Below are positions 62,699 through 64,000 of a DNA stretch of 64,000 bases, in pieces. The notes beneath the pieces were generated by a model. That model saw only the letters and a list, made by a program, of their open reading frames with translations. It did not search any database and was not told where the DNA came from. Made by a program: the position numbers and the translations under genes. Source of the DNA: Halarcobacter sp. (GTDB lineage: Bacteria; Campylobacterota; Campylobacteria; Campylobacterales; Arcobacteraceae); assembly GCA_048571215.1 (NCBI GenBank), contig CP182352.1, positions 1,152,001 through 1,216,000 on the forward strand. Reading direction: 5' to 3'. Position 1 is the stretch's first letter. Each line of letters begins with the position of its first letter.

Positions 62699-64000
62699 CT
62701 AAAGAAGGATTTCTCTATTACCTTTAGCATTAGATTCTGATAAAACTCCTGTTAGTTCTAACTGTTCAACAATGGTTGCAGCTCTATTATATCCTATTCT
62801 AAGTTTTCTTTGTATATATGAAATAGATGTTTTTCTATCTGTTAAAACAACCTCTTTTGCATCTTCATAAAGTTCATCAAGTTCAGTTATATCTGTTGTA
62901 TCACTTGAATTTGCTGAGTTACTTTTATCTTTTACAAAGTTCATATCATAAACTACTTCTCTTTGGTCTTTTAAGAAATCAACTACTTTTTCTATCTCAT
63001 CCTCTTTTGACCATGGTGCATGGATACGAACAAGACCTGAAGTCCCAGGAGGTGTAAATAACATATCACCTCGACCCAATAATGATTCTGCACCCATAGA
63101 ATCTAAAATAATCTTAGAATCAACCTTTTGCCCTACTTTATATGAAAGTCTACTTGGAAGGTTAGCTTTTATAAGTCCAGTTACAACATCTACTGATGGT
63201 CTTTGGGTTGCTACAATTAGGTGAATACCTGAAGCTCTTGCCATTTGTGCAAGTCTTGCAATAGATAGTTCAACATCTTTACCACTAGTCATCATTAAGT
63301 CCGCTAACTCATCAATTACAACTACAATATAAGGGATCTCTTCATAGCCTTCTTTTTTTGCTTTTTCATTGTAGTTTTCAATATTTTTAGTTTTTGTTTG
63401 ACTCATTAGTGTATAACGTCTTTCCATCTCAGCAACCATATTTGATAAGGCATTTATAGCATCAGTTGGTTTTGTGATAACAGGAGTTAATAGATGGGGG
63501 ATTTCATTATACATAGAAAACTCCAACATTTTTGGGTCTATCATCACAAGTTTTAGCTTATCTGGAGAATTTTTATATAAAAGAGAAAGTATCATGGCAT
63601 TTATACCAACAGATTTACCAGAACCAGTAGTTCCTGCAATAAGCAAGTGTGGAAGTTTTTTAAGGTCAGTTATAAATGGTTTTCCAACAATATCTTTTCC
63701 TAAAATCATAGTCAAAGGAGATTTTGAATTTTGGAAAAGTTCACTTTCTAATAATTCTTTAATATATATGGTTTGTAACTCATCATTTGGTACTTCTATC
63801 CCAACTACATCTTTCCCAGGAATTGGAGCTTGTATCCTGATAGTTTGAGCTTTTAATGCCATTGCCAAATCATCTTGAAGGTTTAATATTTTTGAAACTT
63901 TTACATTTGGAGCTGGTTTAAATTCAAAGGTTGTAACAACAGGTCCTGTATAAGTTCTTACCACATCCCCTTCTATTTTAAACATTAAAAGTTTTTCTAA
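62699..64000 (-). CDS. ftsK: DNA translocase FtsK (5' part outside window)
   Basis: PHLLIAGTTGSGKS, IDELADLMM, ATQRPSVDV, gamma domain IGYNRAA. Confidence 0.96.
   Translation of the reverse strand, partial: LEKLLMFKIEGDVVRTYTGPVVTTFEFKPAPNVKVSKILNLQDDLAMALKAQTIRIQAPIPGKDVVGIEVPNDELQTIYIKELLESELFQNSKSPLTMILGKDIVGKPFITDLKKLPHLLIAGTTGSGKSVGINAMILSLLYKNSPDKLKLVMIDPKMLEFSMYNEIPHLLTPVITKPTDAINALSNMVAEMERRYTLMSQTKTKNIENYNEKAKKEGYEEIPYIVVVIDELADLMMTSGKDVELSIARLAQMARASGIHLIVATQRPSVDVVTGLIKANLPSRLSYKVGQKVDSKIILDSMGAESLLGRGDMLFTPPGTSGLVRIHAPWSKEDEIEKVVDFLKDQREVVYDMNFVKDKSNSANSSDTTDITELDELYEDAKEVVLTDRKTSISYIQRKLRIGYNRAATIVEQLELTGVLSESNAKGNREILL

Overview
This is an AT-rich bacterial chromosome segment from Campylobacterota. 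Gene content and order (hobA, mqnC, xerH, second GluRS, oadGAB-pckA, purD-linked 6S RNA) point to Arcobacteraceae; the taxon is an inference. Positions 1-4995 are the decayed right end of a tRNA-integrated island. It holds surface-glycan modification genes and pseudogenes, IS3 and IS256 remnants, an integrase N-terminal remnant and a duplicated tRNA 3' half (att site). Positions 5.1-12.2 kb are an accessory signalling patch: a luciferase-like oxidoreductase, a Cache/PAS sensor, a CheB-CheR-histidine kinase fusion and a c-di-GMP-I riboswitch in front of a small membrane protein. The rest is mostly core genome: three tRNAs, ribB, pckA, oad, metG, fbp, bamA, lysC, prlC, xerH, a cheY-A-R-D-B operon, pnp, lptD, purD, 6S RNA, der, hpf and ftsK. 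Most notable points: (1) a full-length GluRS paralog that has lost essentially all catalytic motifs; (2) an apparently dead Slt-like protein two genes downstream; (3) an orphan LexA/CI-like repressor with a palindrome inside its own promoter; (4) a difH-like site on the xerH promoter; (5) a riboswitch with a readable translational OFF-switch; (6) an exact 187-bp tandem duplication. All calls come from reading motifs by eye; no searches were run.
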